Both the position numbers and the translations under genes were made by a program. Below the pieces are notes generated by a model. The model had not been told where the DNA came from. It did no database searches and was given only the letters and a program-made list of their open reading frames with translations. Shown in pieces: positions 22,725 to 32,000 of a stretch of DNA of 32,000 bases. Each line of letters opens with the position of its first letter. Position 1 is the stretch's first letter. Origin of the DNA: Spirillospora sp. CA-142024 (GTDB lineage Bacteria; Actinomycetota; Actinomycetes; Streptosporangiales; Streptosporangiaceae). Where the stretch lies: assembly GCF_050942325.1 (NCBI RefSeq), contig NZ_CP192077.1, forward strand, positions 8,662,121 to 8,694,120, in the 5' to 3' direction.

Positions 22725-23723
22725 TCACCAGGCGGCGTCGGCGAGATCCTCTCCTGGGACGGCCGGGACGCCCTGCGCGTACAGGTCGCCTGCGGTCGCG
22801 ATGACGCCGCCGGTGTGGCCCACGTCGAGGCCGGTGAGCTCACCCTTGACCTTCTGGGCCCACAGGGCCTTGATGGGTTTTCCCTGCAGTGTGTAGGTCT
22901 GGAGCGTCAGTTCGGATTTCTTCGCTGCGGCCACGATGAGGGAGTTGCCGTCCCGGCTTAGGACGGCGTTGGAGCTGCCCCTTGGCAGGAGCATGACGGC
23001 CTTGCTGACCCTGAGGTCGCCGGCGGCGCCGTTGGTGTCGAGTGCGCGGACCTGGTGTCTGGCCGAGCCGGCCGAACTCCAGACGAAAGAGAGTGTGGAG
23101 CCGGACCAGGAGAGGCTTCCAACGCGAGCGCGCAGCTTCGTCGTCCACACCTTGTGGGTGCCGGTCTTGGGTGAGACCACGTCCACGCGGCTGCGTACGC
23201 CTCTGTAGGTGACGTAGGCGATGTGGTCGCCGTCCGGGCTTAGGGCGAGGTCCGACCAGGCTGTGGAGACGCCAGGGACGGTGGCGTTCGGGATGTCCTT
23301 GAGGTCCTTGGGACGTCCACGGCCGTCCAGGCGGAGGCGTTGGAAGGTGACCTTCTGGGCGCCGTAGGAGGCGACGACGTAGGAGCCGTCCTTGGCCGCG
23401 GCGACACGGTGGAAGCGACGGCCTTCTGGCGCGGCCACGGGCAGACCTACGTTCGCGCCCGTGTGGACGTCCCGGACCACCAACGCCGTACCCGGCTTGG
23501 TGATGCCGACAACGAACACCGGTTCCGTCTTCTCTGCCTTCGCGGCGGGCTTGGCGTCGTGCTCATCATCGGCGGCACGCTGGTGACGGTGCACCACGTC
23601 CACGCCGCCACCGATGAACAGCGCGGCCGCGGCGGCCACCCCGAGAGGGACGAGACCCTTCCACGAGCCGAGGCGGGTTCCCGGATCCTCGCGCCTGCCT
23701 TCGTCCATGGGTGTTCCTCGCAC
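22725..23723 (-). CDS. Membrane-anchored hypothetical protein, probably a beta-propeller-like extracytoplasmic domain
   Basis: An N-terminal TM helix (LVPLGVAAAAALFIGGG) is followed by repeated beta-strand-rich segments (SPDGDHIAYVTY, SRDGNSLIVAA). Third positions are GC-biased. No specific family was recognised. Confidence 0.6.
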   Translation of the reverse strand: MRGTPMDEGRREDPGTRLGSWKGLVPLGVAAAAALFIGGGVDVVHRHQRAADDEHDAKPAAKAEKTEPVFVVGITKPGTALVVRDVHTGANVGLPVAAPEGRRFHRVAAAKDGSYVVASYGAQKVTFQRLRLDGRGRPKDLKDIPNATVPGVSTAWSDLALSPDGDHIAYVTYRGVRSRVDVVSPKTGTHKVWTTKLRARVGSLSWSGSTLSFVWSSAGSARHQVRALDTNGAAGDLRVSKAVMLLPRGSSNAVLSRDGNSLIVAAAKKSELTLQTYTLQGKPIKALWAQKVKGELTGLDVGHTGGVIATAGDLYAQGVPAVPGEDLADAAW

Positions 23724-23825
23724 CTGCCTCTCTTGCCGGATCGCCCGTCGTTTCTATCTCATGTACATCGCGACAAACACCCATGAAGGTGGAGTTACCA
23801 CATCGAAGCGAAGTCGCAAGCCGCG

Positions 23826-24662
23826 TCAGCCTAGCGACGCACGGGCCGCGTCGACCAGGGAGGCCCGGTACGACCCGCCGAACAGCGCCACATGGACGAG
23901 CAGCGGGTGCAGTTGGTGCAACGGGATGCGGGAGCGCCATCCGTCCGCAGGCGGCGCGGCCTCATCGTAGGCGGCAAAGACGCGTTCGAGGTGCGATGTC
24001 CCGAAAAGCGCCATCATGGCCAGGTCGGTCTCACGGTGGCCGCCGTGCGCGGCCGGGTCGATGAGCAGCGCCCGCTCGTCCGTCCAGAGGATGTTCCCCG
24101 ACCACAGGTCGCCGTGGATGCGGGACGGCGGCTCCGGCGGCCCGGCGAGCGTCTCGACGTCCGCCATCACCCGCTCGACAAGACGGACGTCACCGGACGA
24201 GAGGTGCCGCGCGCCGAGCCGGAGGAACGGTTCGAGGCGGCGTTCGGCGTACCAGCGGGGCCAGGCGCGGTCGTCGGGCGTGTTGTCGAGCGGTAGGTCG
24301 GCGATGTAGCCGTCCCAGGGCGCGCCGTAGGCGGCCGGGCGGTTGCCGGTGTGCAGGGCGGCGAGTTCCCGCCCCAGCCGTTCGGCGGCCGCCGGGGACG
24401 GCGACGACGACGGGAGCCACGGCAGGACGAGCATGTGGTCGTCCGCCGCGACGACCTCGGGGACGGGCGTCCCGGGGCCCGCCTCCGCCAGCCAGCGCAG
24501 TCCGGCCGCCTCGGCCGCGAACACGCCGGCCCCACCGGAGGCCGCCTTCACGAACACCTCGCGGCCGTCGGCCAGGGAGGCCTTGTGCAACGTCCAGGAA
24601 TGACTGGAACCGAGGTCGTGTACATCATCGACCCCGGTTCCCAGCAGGCGTTCGAGCCGCAC
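23826..24662 (-). CDS. Fructosamine/ketosamine kinase family protein
   Basis: ...VFVKAASGGAGVFAAEAAGLRWL... and the catalytic-loop-like IHGDLWSGNILW...LIDPAAHGGHRETDLAMM are typical of the fructosamine kinase family. GTG at 24662 follows the PTP stop. The longer tracked ORF to 25088 overlaps the PTP gene out of frame. Confidence 0.8.
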   Translation of the reverse strand: MRLERLLGTGVDDVHDLGSSHSWTLHKASLADGREVFVKAASGGAGVFAAEAAGLRWLAEAGPGTPVPEVVAADDHMLVLPWLPSSSPSPAAAERLGRELAALHTGNRPAAYGAPWDGYIADLPLDNTPDDRAWPRWYAERRLEPFLRLGARHLSSGDVRLVERVMADVETLAGPPEPPSRIHGDLWSGNILWTDERALLIDPAAHGGHRETDLAMMALFGTSHLERVFAAYDEAAPPADGWRSRIPLHQLHPLLVHVALFGGSYRASLVDAARASLG

Positions 24663-24667
24663 TCTTC

Positions 24668-25147
24668 TCAGCTCTCCTTGAGCGCTGTGCGGATCTCCTC
24701 CAGGAGGCCCGGCATCGCCGCCTCGACCTGCTCCAAGACCATGTCGAAGTCGGCGCGGCCTCCGTAGTACGGGTCGGGGACGTCCAGGTCCCCGCCCGCG
24801 TCCGGGTCGAACTCGCGCAGCAGCCGGACCTTGCCGCGCGCCTCCGCGTCCGGCGCCATCGACTGCAGCGCCCGCAGATGCCCCTTGTCCAGCGCCAGGA
24901 TCAGGTCGTAGCGGCCGAACCAGCCGGGTTCGAACTGCCGCGCCATGTGCGCCGACCGGTACCCGGCCCGCTCCAGCGCCGCGATCGTCCGGTCGTCGGC
25001 CTCGTCGCCCACGTGCCAGTTGCCGGTGCCCGAGCTGTCGACGTCGACGTCCAGCCGCTCCTCCTCGACGTGGTGGCGCAGCACCCATTCGGCCATCGGG
25101 GAGCGGCAGATGTTGCCCGTGCAGACGAAGGTGACTCGGTACGGCAT
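24668..25147 (-). CDS. Low-molecular-weight protein-tyrosine phosphatase
   Basis: The signature VTFVCTGNICRSPMAE (C-X5-R-S) sits at the N-terminus and DPYYG near the C-terminus. Length is 159 aa. Confidence 0.9.
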   Translation of the reverse strand: MPYRVTFVCTGNICRSPMAEWVLRHHVEEERLDVDVDSSGTGNWHVGDEADDRTIAALERAGYRSAHMARQFEPGWFGRYDLILALDKGHLRALQSMAPDAEARGKVRLLREFDPDAGGDLDVPDPYYGGRADFDMVLEQVEAAMPGLLEEIRTALKES

Positions 25148-25154
25148 CCCTCCA

Positions 25155-25667
25155 TCATGCCCGAGGGCGAAGCGGCTGGATCACGACGTCCTCCACGCCC
25201 GCGGCGCCGGCCAACGCCGCCTTGACAGCCTCGGCGCCCGCGGTGTCGGCGACGCGCAGCCGCAGCGAATCGGGGACGTCGCCGGGACTCAGTGCGTCGA
25301 GCAGGTCCTTGCGGTCCTTGAAGAGCTTCTTGGCCCTCTCGTACGCCTGCTGCTGCGACTCGTACACCACGCTGCGCACCTTGGGCATGGCCTTGACGCG
25401 CTGGGTGACCGTCTGCCGCATCAGATCCGTCGCCTCCCTACCCCGGCAACTGGGAGCGGTCGACGAGCGGATGCAGAAGTACACCGACACCTGACGCTCG
25501 CCGGGCTGAGAAGCGTCGCTCTCGTCGTGCATCGCGTAGAAGCTCGCGGCGAGCGCGCCTCCCGTCAGCAGGACGGCCACCACCGCCGCGCCGACGATCA
25601 TCCACGTTCGGGGCCGCCGGGCCGGGGGCTCGCCGGTGTCCTCGGGCCGCTCCTCCGGCTCGGTCAT
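25155..25667 (-). CDS. Membrane-anchored protein with an FtsX-extracellular-domain-like fold
   Basis: GAAGGAG precedes the ATG at 25667. One TM helix (WMIVGAAVVAVLLTGGALAA). Then VSVYFC...ATDLMRQTVTQRVKAMPKVRSVVYESQQQAYERAKKLF...DSLRLRV, which resembles FtsX ECD proteins. Confidence 0.55.
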   Translation of the reverse strand: MTEPEERPEDTGEPPARRPRTWMIVGAAVVAVLLTGGALAASFYAMHDESDASQPGERQVSVYFCIRSSTAPSCRGREATDLMRQTVTQRVKAMPKVRSVVYESQQQAYERAKKLFKDRKDLLDALSPGDVPDSLRLRVADTAGAEAVKAALAGAAGVEDVVIQPLRPRA

Positions 25668-25808
25668 CGTCGCTCCTTCGCCCGCCACGTCCGAGACACG
25701 GTCGGTGTTCACCTTGCCACAGGGCGCACCGGATCGTCCCTCGGTGAAAAGAACACGGCCCCCGGCAGAGTCGCCGGGGGCCGTGTCCTGGGGTGGCCTG
25801 ATACAGGG

Positions 25809-27521
25809 TCAGCTTGAGACGGCGTTCAGCGCGTCCACGATGCCGTTGCCGAAGAAGCCGTTCTGCCCCTTCGAGCCCTCACATGTCTGCGTCGAGGTGT
25901 GCTTCACCCACTCGTCGCCCGACGTCGTGTACCAGACGTACTCGGTCGTGCGGGGGCTCGGGCATGCCTTGGCGGTCGCGGTGCCGCGCAGGATCTTCTC
26001 GACGAAGCCCGGGTCCAGGGTGAGGCCGCCCTGGCCGTCCCGGTGCCCGTACTTGCTGACGATGAGCGCGGCGACGCCCACGGCGTGCGGCGAGGCCATC
26101 GACGTGCCCTGCAGCGACTGGTAGTAGGCGCACTTGTCGCCCTTGCAGCTGCGGATGATGTACGGCACGTTCGGCGTCCCGTCGGCGTTCAGCTCGCCGC
26201 GCGCCTTCGCGAGCCGCTCGGGGTAGGCCGCCCAGATGCCGCCCTTGTCGTCCGGACGCTGGTCCGCGTTGTCGACCTTGTCGCCGCCGGGCGCGGCCAC
26301 CGCGACGTAGCCGTTGCCGAAGCTGCTGTAGTACGACTTGCGGCCGCTCGGGCCGGTCGCCGAGATCGGGATGACGTGCTCGCCCTCGGACGGCATCGAC
26401 ACGCAGCTCGCCGGGACCGTCCGGTCGTGCGGCTCCTCACCCGGCACCGACGGGAAGTCCGGGCTGGTCGCGTCGTCGTTCGTCTTCGTGTAGTCGACGA
26501 AGTCGTTGCCGGCGGCGGAGATCAGCGTGACGCCCCGCCTGTGCGCGAAGTCGAGGGCCCGCTGGGCGGCCTTGATGATCGTCCGCTGCTCCAGCTGGTC
26601 CTCGGGGCTGTCGGCGGGGTTGTTGCCGCAGTTCCACAGCCACGGGTCGATGTAGTACGACATGTTGACGACGTCGATGCCGTTCTTGGCCGCGTAGGTC
26701 AGGCCGTCGACGGTCGGCTGGAGGAAGAAGTAGCCGGAGTCCTGGCCGACCCGCAGGTTGACGATCGACACGTCCGGCGCGACGCCCGCCATGCCGAGGC
26801 CGTTGCGGGGCGAGGCGATCGTGGACGCGACGTGCGTGCCGTGGTCGTTGTCGTCCCAGTTGTTGGGGTCGACGCACGACTTGAACTCGCAGGGACCGTC
26901 GACCTCGTTGCCGTTGGCGTCGGTCGGGATGTCGTGCGTGAAGTTCCGGCTGAGCTTCCGGTTGAAGTTCGGCGCGATGTCCGGGTGGTCACCGTCGACA
27001 CCGGTGTCGAGGACGCCGACCAGCACGCGCTTGTCTCCCGGCTCCTTCTTGTACGAGCCGTCCGCCGTCGCGTGCATCTGCTTCATGTCCCACTGCAGAT
27101 CCGCGAGCGGCTCGGTGTCCTTGGACGGCTTGCCGGTCAGGGCGACCTTGTTCTTCACGCCCTTGACGCCGACCAGCCGCTCGACCTTGGCGGCCTTCTT
27201 CTTCGTCTTCGGCGCCTCGCCGATGACCCGGTTGTGCGCGACGCCCTCCAGCGCCCGCTGGTTCATCACGGCGTGGATGAACTCCGGGTTGTCCGAACGG
27301 ACGGTCGCGACGCCCACGTCACGGTTCTCGTGGACGACCTTGCCACCGGCGGCCTTGACGGCCTGGTGGGCCCAACCGAGAGAAACGCCCTCCTTGTAGA
27401 GGACGACGTACTCCGACTCCGCACCCTTCGCCTGCGTCGGGTTCGGAGCCGCTGACGCTGGGAACGCGAGGGCCGCCATGGTGGTGACGGCGCACGCGGC
27501 GGAAATCAAGGCTCGCCGCAA
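25809..27521 (-). CDS. Secreted S8 (subtilisin-family) serine peptidase
   Basis: Signal peptide MRRALISAACAVTTMAALAFPASA. Catalytic triad contexts VGVLDTGVDGDHPDI, HGTHVASTIAS and GTSMASPHAVGVAAL. Confidence 0.9.
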   Translation of the reverse strand: MRRALISAACAVTTMAALAFPASAAPNPTQAKGAESEYVVLYKEGVSLGWAHQAVKAAGGKVVHENRDVGVATVRSDNPEFIHAVMNQRALEGVAHNRVIGEAPKTKKKAAKVERLVGVKGVKNKVALTGKPSKDTEPLADLQWDMKQMHATADGSYKKEPGDKRVLVGVLDTGVDGDHPDIAPNFNRKLSRNFTHDIPTDANGNEVDGPCEFKSCVDPNNWDDNDHGTHVASTIASPRNGLGMAGVAPDVSIVNLRVGQDSGYFFLQPTVDGLTYAAKNGIDVVNMSYYIDPWLWNCGNNPADSPEDQLEQRTIIKAAQRALDFAHRRGVTLISAAGNDFVDYTKTNDDATSPDFPSVPGEEPHDRTVPASCVSMPSEGEHVIPISATGPSGRKSYYSSFGNGYVAVAAPGGDKVDNADQRPDDKGGIWAAYPERLAKARGELNADGTPNVPYIIRSCKGDKCAYYQSLQGTSMASPHAVGVAALIVSKYGHRDGQGGLTLDPGFVEKILRGTATAKACPSPRTTEYVWYTTSGDEWVKHTSTQTCEGSKGQNGFFGNGIVDALNAVSS

Positions 27522-27671
27522 AGCAGACCTCCTGGCCGTGGGGTGACTAGCCCGCTTTTCTGTTGATCAGCCAGCAGACGCTACTTGTGCGCTTGTTGAG
27601 AGACGCGTACGGAAATGTAACGAATAGGGACATCTCTTGTAAGCCGTACGCAAGTGTCACGCGATGCGATG

Positions 27672-28808
27672 TCAGCCGGTACGCAGGGCGAGGGCGAGCG
27701 CCTCGAACGCCAGCTGCGGGTTGACGTTCGCCGCCAGCCTCTCCCTGCAGTCCATGATCGCATCGAGGCGGCGGAGGGTGTCCTCCGGGCGTCCCGTCCC
27801 CGCCGCCGTGCGCAGTTCGGGGCCGAGTTCGATGTTGACCAGCTCGCTGCCCGCCCCCAGCTGCAGCGTCAGCACGTCGCGGTAGTAGGACGCGAGATCG
27901 AGCAGCGTCCGGTCCAGCGCGTCGCGCAGCACGCGCGTCGCCCGCGACTTCTGCCGGCCTTCGAGCTCCTTGAGCGCGCCCGCGGTGCCGCGCGGCATCC
28001 GCCCCTTCTCGCTCTCGCCGAGCGCCTTGCGCAGGGCGGACGTCTCCGTCTCGTTCAGCTCACCCGTCTGCGAGTCCCGCTCCGCCTCGGCCGCCTTCAC
28101 GAGGATCTCCGCCGCCGCCACCGCCGGGCTCACCCCGGTCAGCCGGCGCGGGATCGCCACCACGTCGTCGCGCACCCGGCGCATCCGGGGGTCCGAGGCC
28201 AGCCGACGTGCCCGGCTGATGTGCCCCTGCGCGGCCCGCGCCACCACCTCGGCGGTCTCCCGCTCGACGCCGTCCCGCTGGACGAGGAAGTCGGCGATGG
28301 CCCCGATCGGCGGGGTCTGCAGCGTCACCAGCCGGCAGCGCGACCTGATCGTGACGAGCAGGTCCTCCGGCGACGGCGTGCACAGCAGCCAGATCGTCCG
28401 CGCCGGCGGCTCCTCGATCGACTTCAGCAGCGCGTTCGCGGCGCCCTCGGTGGCCCGGTCGGCGTCCTCGAACAGCACGATCTGCCAGCCGTGCCCGCTC
28501 GGCGAGGACGAGGCCCGCAGCACCAGCGCGCGGGCGTCCTTGATGCCGAACGACAGCCCCTGCGGGCGGACGACCTCCACGTCCGCGTGCGTGCCCTGGA
28601 GGACCTGGTGGCAGGACGCGCAGTGCCCGCATCCCCGCGGCGTCTCCGTGCACTGCAGCGCCGCCGCGAACGCCCGCGCCGCGGCGACGCGTCCGGAGCC
28701 GGGAGGCCCGGTGAACAGCCACGCGTGCGCCGGGCCCGTTCCCCCGGCGGCCGATGACAGCTGCGCGATGACGGGTTCCTGCCCGACCAGGTCGTCCCAC
28801 ACGCTCAT
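27672..28808 (-). CDS. holB: DNA polymerase III subunit delta prime
   Basis: VWDDLVGQEPVIAQL...HAWLFTGPPGSGR...ALQC...CGHCASCHQVLQGTHADV, then FEDADR and a SRC-like motif (IRSRCRLV). It is adjacent to tmk, as in many bacteria. Confidence 0.85.
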   Translation of the reverse strand: MSVWDDLVGQEPVIAQLSSAAGGTGPAHAWLFTGPPGSGRVAAARAFAAALQCTETPRGCGHCASCHQVLQGTHADVEVVRPQGLSFGIKDARALVLRASSSPSGHGWQIVLFEDADRATEGAANALLKSIEEPPARTIWLLCTPSPEDLLVTIRSRCRLVTLQTPPIGAIADFLVQRDGVERETAEVVARAAQGHISRARRLASDPRMRRVRDDVVAIPRRLTGVSPAVAAAEILVKAAEAERDSQTGELNETETSALRKALGESEKGRMPRGTAGALKELEGRQKSRATRVLRDALDRTLLDLASYYRDVLTLQLGAGSELVNIELGPELRTAAGTGRPEDTLRRLDAIMDCRERLAANVNPQLAFEALALALRTG

Positions 28809-28827
28809 GGGAAAGAGGCTAGCCGGA

Positions 28828-30897
28828 TCAGTAGTCCGTGATGACCGGGAACGTGCTCGTGACGTCCTCGGTGCCGGCCGGGACGGGGTCGGGCAGGATC
28901 TCGCGGATGCGGTACTGGATCTCGCGGCTCAGTTCGCCCTGCGGTCGGCTCGCGTCCAGGATCAGGTACCGGTCAGGGTCGGCCTCGGCGAGGGCGTGGA
29001 AGCCCGCGCGGACGCGCTCGTGGAAGTCCGCCGACTCCGACTCGATGCGGTCGGCGGGCGCGGACAGCCGGTTCAGTCCCGCCTGCGGGGGGATCTCCAG
29101 CAGGACGGTCAGGTCCGGGACGAGCCCGCCGGTCGCCCACGCGTTGACCCGCGCGATGTCCTCGACGGGCTGCTGCCGTCCGAAGCCCTGGTAGGCGAGG
29201 GACGAGTCGACGTAGCGGTCGCTGACCACGATCGCGCCCCGGTCCATCGCCGGCCTGATCACGTTGGCGACGTGGTCGGCCCGGTCGGCGGCGTACAGCA
29301 GCGTCTCCGCGCGGACGGACAGGCCGGTCGTGTCGCGGTCGAGGAGCATCGCGCGCAGCCGCATGCCGATCTTGGTGGCGCCCGGCTCGTGCGTCGTGAC
29401 GACGTCGTAGCCGTGGTCGCGGAGCCAGATCGCGGCGAGCCGCGCCTGGGTGGTCTTGCCCGCGCCCTCGCCGCCCTCGAACGCGACGAACACGCCGCGG
29501 TTGCGGCGGACGGGCTGCTGGGGCGCGGCGACGGCCTGCTCCGGCGGCGTGTAGATCTCGCCGCGCAGGGCCGCGCGCAGATCGGCGACGAGCGGGATGC
29601 CGCGCCGGTCGTCCAGCCTCCGGTACGCGAGGAGCCCGGACAGCAGGGCGACGACGGCGGCGATCAGCAGCGCGGCGTTCGCCCCGTGGAAGTCGTAGCC
29701 GCCGCCGATGTCGATCCGGTGGGAGCCGAGCGCCCCGGCGATCAGCGGGACGGCGGCGAACGCGACCAGCACGGTGACGAGCGCGACCGACCGCAGATAG
29801 GCGGACGGGCGGCTGTCCTCGGACGCGTCGGGGTCGTTCACCGCGGCGTCGGCGTTCGACCAGGCGGCCCCGGCGAACACACCCAGGAACGCCGTCATGA
29901 ACACGACGACGACAAGGTTCTGGACGAGGGCGAGCACGACCAGCGCCAGCGCGGCGGCGATCACGGCGAGGCCGAGGAGCCTGCGGCGGCTGAACGGGAC
30001 GAGGGCGCGCGGCCCGAGGAACAACCCGAAACCGAACCCCACGGTGAGCCCGGTCAGGACGGTGCCGTACCCGGCGTCGCCGCCGCCCAGCTCACCGGTG
30101 TGGACGCGAGCCACGGCCACGACCGCGGCCGCCGTGACGGACGCGCCGGCGATCGCGAGGCCGAGACCGCGCGCGGCGGCCGTCCCCGGCCCCTGGAAGA
30201 TCAGCTTCAGCGGCGAGGGGACCGCGGCGTGCTCGGTCACCGGGATCTCGCGGATCGTGGCGACGGCGGCGGTCGCGACGAGGAAGAGGCCCGCCGTCAC
30301 GTAGAGCGCGAGGTCGGCGCGGGAGCCCTCGCCGAGCGTCCCGCCCGCGATGAGGGCGAGGACGGCGAACAGCAGCGCGGCGGCCGGGGCCGGGCCGTGC
30401 AGCACGCGGGTCGCGGTGCGGCGGGCGGCGGGACGCAGCTCCTCGTCCGGGGCCAGGGCGGGCAGGGCCGCGCGCGCCGCCGGAACCCACAGCAGGCTCA
30501 GGCAGGAGACGAGGAACGCCGCCGCGAGCGTCCACGGCAGCATGTCCACGAGCGGCACCGTCAGGACGACCACCAGCCGCAGCACGTCGGCGATCATCAG
30601 CATCAGCCGGCGGTCGACGCGGGCGGCGAGCATGCCCCCGAGCGGTGCGAGCACCACCGCCGGCAGCAGCATCAGCGCGAGCGTGCCACCGACCGCCTGC
30701 GCGGTGGTGGCGGGGTCGTCGTCGCGGGTCAGCGTCGCGGCCATCGCGGTCAGCGCGGGGACGCTGAGCCACTGGGCGACGCTGGACAACGACAACACGA
30801 TCCGTAGCCGCTGGAACGGCACGGCCGAGGTAAGCGACGAAACGCCCGGCGGCGGTGAAGCTGCGGGGTGCGGCCGAGGTGCGCCCGTTCTGGTCAT
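28828..30897 (-). CDS. tmk: Thymidylate kinase fused to a large N-terminal polytopic (MFS-like) membrane domain
   Basis: The C-terminal 210 aa read GVFVAFEGGEGAGKTTQARLAAIWLRDHGYDVVTTHEPGAT...DRYVDSSLAYQG (dTMP kinase P-loop and DRY/lid motifs). About 480 aa of hydrophobic helices precede them. ATG at 30897 is chosen because the upstream part of the ORF overlaps topA. Confidence 0.8.
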   Translation of the reverse strand: MTRTGAPRPHPAASPPPGVSSLTSAVPFQRLRIVLSLSSVAQWLSVPALTAMAATLTRDDDPATTAQAVGGTLALMLLPAVVLAPLGGMLAARVDRRLMLMIADVLRLVVVLTVPLVDMLPWTLAAAFLVSCLSLLWVPAARAALPALAPDEELRPAARRTATRVLHGPAPAAALLFAVLALIAGGTLGEGSRADLALYVTAGLFLVATAAVATIREIPVTEHAAVPSPLKLIFQGPGTAAARGLGLAIAGASVTAAAVVAVARVHTGELGGGDAGYGTVLTGLTVGFGFGLFLGPRALVPFSRRRLLGLAVIAAALALVVLALVQNLVVVVFMTAFLGVFAGAAWSNADAAVNDPDASEDSRPSAYLRSVALVTVLVAFAAVPLIAGALGSHRIDIGGGYDFHGANAALLIAAVVALLSGLLAYRRLDDRRGIPLVADLRAALRGEIYTPPEQAVAAPQQPVRRNRGVFVAFEGGEGAGKTTQARLAAIWLRDHGYDVVTTHEPGATKIGMRLRAMLLDRDTTGLSVRAETLLYAADRADHVANVIRPAMDRGAIVVSDRYVDSSLAYQGFGRQQPVEDIARVNAWATGGLVPDLTVLLEIPPQAGLNRLSAPADRIESESADFHERVRAGFHALAEADPDRYLILDASRPQGELSREIQYRIREILPDPVPAGTEDVTSTFPVITDY

Positions 30898-30925
30898 GTC
30901 GGTCAGGGTATCGGCGTAGATGTCC

Positions 30926-32000
30926 CTAGGAGCCGGACTTTGCGGAGGTTCGGCGCCGGGTTGCCGTCTTCTTCTTCCCGCCGCCCGCGGCCACCTTCTC
31001 CCGGCGCTCCGCGAGCAGCTCGGCGGCGCGCTGGATCGTGATCGACTCGACCTCGTCGCCCTTGCGCAGGGACGCGTTCGTCTCACCGTCGGTGACATAG
31101 GGGCCGAAGCGCCCCTCCTTCACCACGACCGGCTCCCCGCTCGCCGGGTCCTTGCCCAGCTCACGCAGCGGAGCGGCGGCCGCGGCCCGGCGGCCGCGCT
31201 GCTTGGGCTGCGCCAGCAGCTCCTTCGCCTGCTCCAGCGTGACGGTGAACAGCTCCTCCTCCGAGCCGAGCGAACGGCTGTCGGTGCCCCGCTTGATGTA
31301 GGGACCGAAACGGCCGTTCTGCGCGGTCACCGGCTCGCCGTCCAGCTCACCGAGCGTGCGCGGCAGCGACAGCAGCTTCAGCGCGTCGTCGAGCGTGATC
31401 GAGTCGAGCGACATCGACTTGAAGAGGGAACCGGTGCGCGGCTTGGGGGTGTCGGCCTTCTTCGTCCGCTTCTTCCCGTCGGCGGGCGGCGCCGGCTCGG
31501 GCAGGATCTCGGTGACATAGGGGCCGAACCGCCCCGACTTGGCGACGATCGTGTGGCCCGTCTCCGGGTCGGTGCCGAGCTCCCGGTCGCCGGACGGCTG
31601 CGCCATCAGCTCCTCGGCCTTCTCGGCGGTCAGCTCGTCCGGCGCGATGTCGTCGGGGATGTTGACCCGCTCGCCGTCGCGGTCGAGGTAGGACCCGTAC
31701 CGGCCGACCCGGACCACGATGTCGGTGTCCTTGATCGGGAACGAGCTGATCCCCTTGGCGTCGATGTCGCCGATGTCGCCGACCAGCTCCTTCAGCCCCT
31801 CCTCACCGCTGTCGCCGAAGTAGAACCGGGTCAGCCAGCGGACGCGCTCGGCCTCGCCGCGCGCGATCTCGTCGAGACCGTCCTCCATGTTCGCGGTGAA
31901 GTCGTAGTCGACCAGGTTGCCGAAGTGCTGCTCCAGCAGGTTGACCACGGCGAACGCCAGGAACGACGGGACGAGCGCCGTGCCCTTCTTGAACACGTAC
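30926..32000 (-). CDS. topA: DNA topoisomerase I, C-terminal portion (gene continues beyond the window)
   Basis: Repeated GRFGPY(V/I) C-terminal DNA-binding repeats and a Lys/Arg-rich tail (GGGKKKTATRRRTSAKSGS) are typical of actinobacterial TopA. The frame is open to the window edge. Confidence 0.85.
   Translation of the reverse strand, partial: YVFKKGTALVPSFLAFAVVNLLEQHFGNLVDYDFTANMEDGLDEIARGEAERVRWLTRFYFGDSGEEGLKELVGDIGDIDAKGISSFPIKDTDIVVRVGRYGSYLDRDGERVNIPDDIAPDELTAEKAEELMAQPSGDRELGTDPETGHTIVAKSGRFGPYVTEILPEPAPPADGKKRTKKADTPKPRTGSLFKSMSLDSITLDDALKLLSLPRTLGELDGEPVTAQNGRFGPYIKRGTDSRSLGSEEELFTVTLEQAKELLAQPKQRGRRAAAAAPLRELGKDPASGEPVVVKEGRFGPYVTDGETNASLRKGDEVESITIQRAAELLAERREKVAAGGGKKKTATRRRTSAKSGS

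Noticed and set aside
25899-27455. 518-aa plus-strand ORF
   Set aside because: It is antisense to the S8 peptidase gene, which shows an unambiguous Asp/His/Ser triad. The plus-frame product is repetitive Arg/Val/Asp-rich with no motif.
27970-30807. 945-aa plus-strand ORF, the longest in this part of the track
   Set aside because: It is antisense to holB and tmk. Its translation is Arg/Gly/Asp/Pro-rich low-complexity sequence typical of an open wrong frame in very high-GC DNA. The minus strand carries clear dTMP kinase and delta-prime motifs.
1-32000. tRNA gene as integration target, which is usual for AICEs
   Set aside because: No tRNA-like sequence was recognised next to either repeat copy, and the repeat lies within a protein-coding frame. 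A tRNAscan run would be needed to exclude tRNAs elsewhere in the window.

Overview
High-GC actinobacterial chromosome segment. Core genes lie on the right (PSP1/RicT-like gene, fructosamine-kinase-family gene, LMW-PTP, S8 protease, holB, membrane-fused tmk, 3' part of topA). An ECF sigma / membrane-protein pair lies on the left. Between them is a roughly 20.3 kb integrated, AICE-like conjugative element (about 1628-21929). It is bounded by a 52-bp direct repeat with one synonymous mismatch, located inside the 3' end of the PSP1-domain gene. The element carries a large serine recombinase, an FtsK/SpoIIIE (TraB-like) transfer operon with small Spd-like membrane proteins, and GntR/HutC regulators, one of them frameshifted. 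It also carries a WhiJ/BldB/AbaA-like triad and a CooC/MinD-like ATPase. The most interesting part is a minus-strand cargo island (about 14.3-21.6 kb) of mixed, partly AT-rich composition with three candidate conflict modules. (a) A small 2-TM protein is translationally coupled to a 1164-aa NACHT-type STAND NTPase. The C-terminus of the small protein and the N-terminus of the NTPase share a Gly/Asn-rich motif, an architecture like NLR amyloid signalling. The NTPase carries about 18 near-identical 33/40-aa repeats. (b) An orphan 318-aa protein has a C-terminal nucleoside-2-deoxyribosyltransferase/TIR-like Rossmannoid domain. (c) A tight three-gene operon encodes a ThsB-like TIR protein, a 2-TM + Macro-like (type II ThsA-like) protein and an ATGA-coupled HIT hydrolase. 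No rRNA, tRNA or CRISPR array was recognised. All family assignments come from motif reading by eye and need HMM or structure confirmation.
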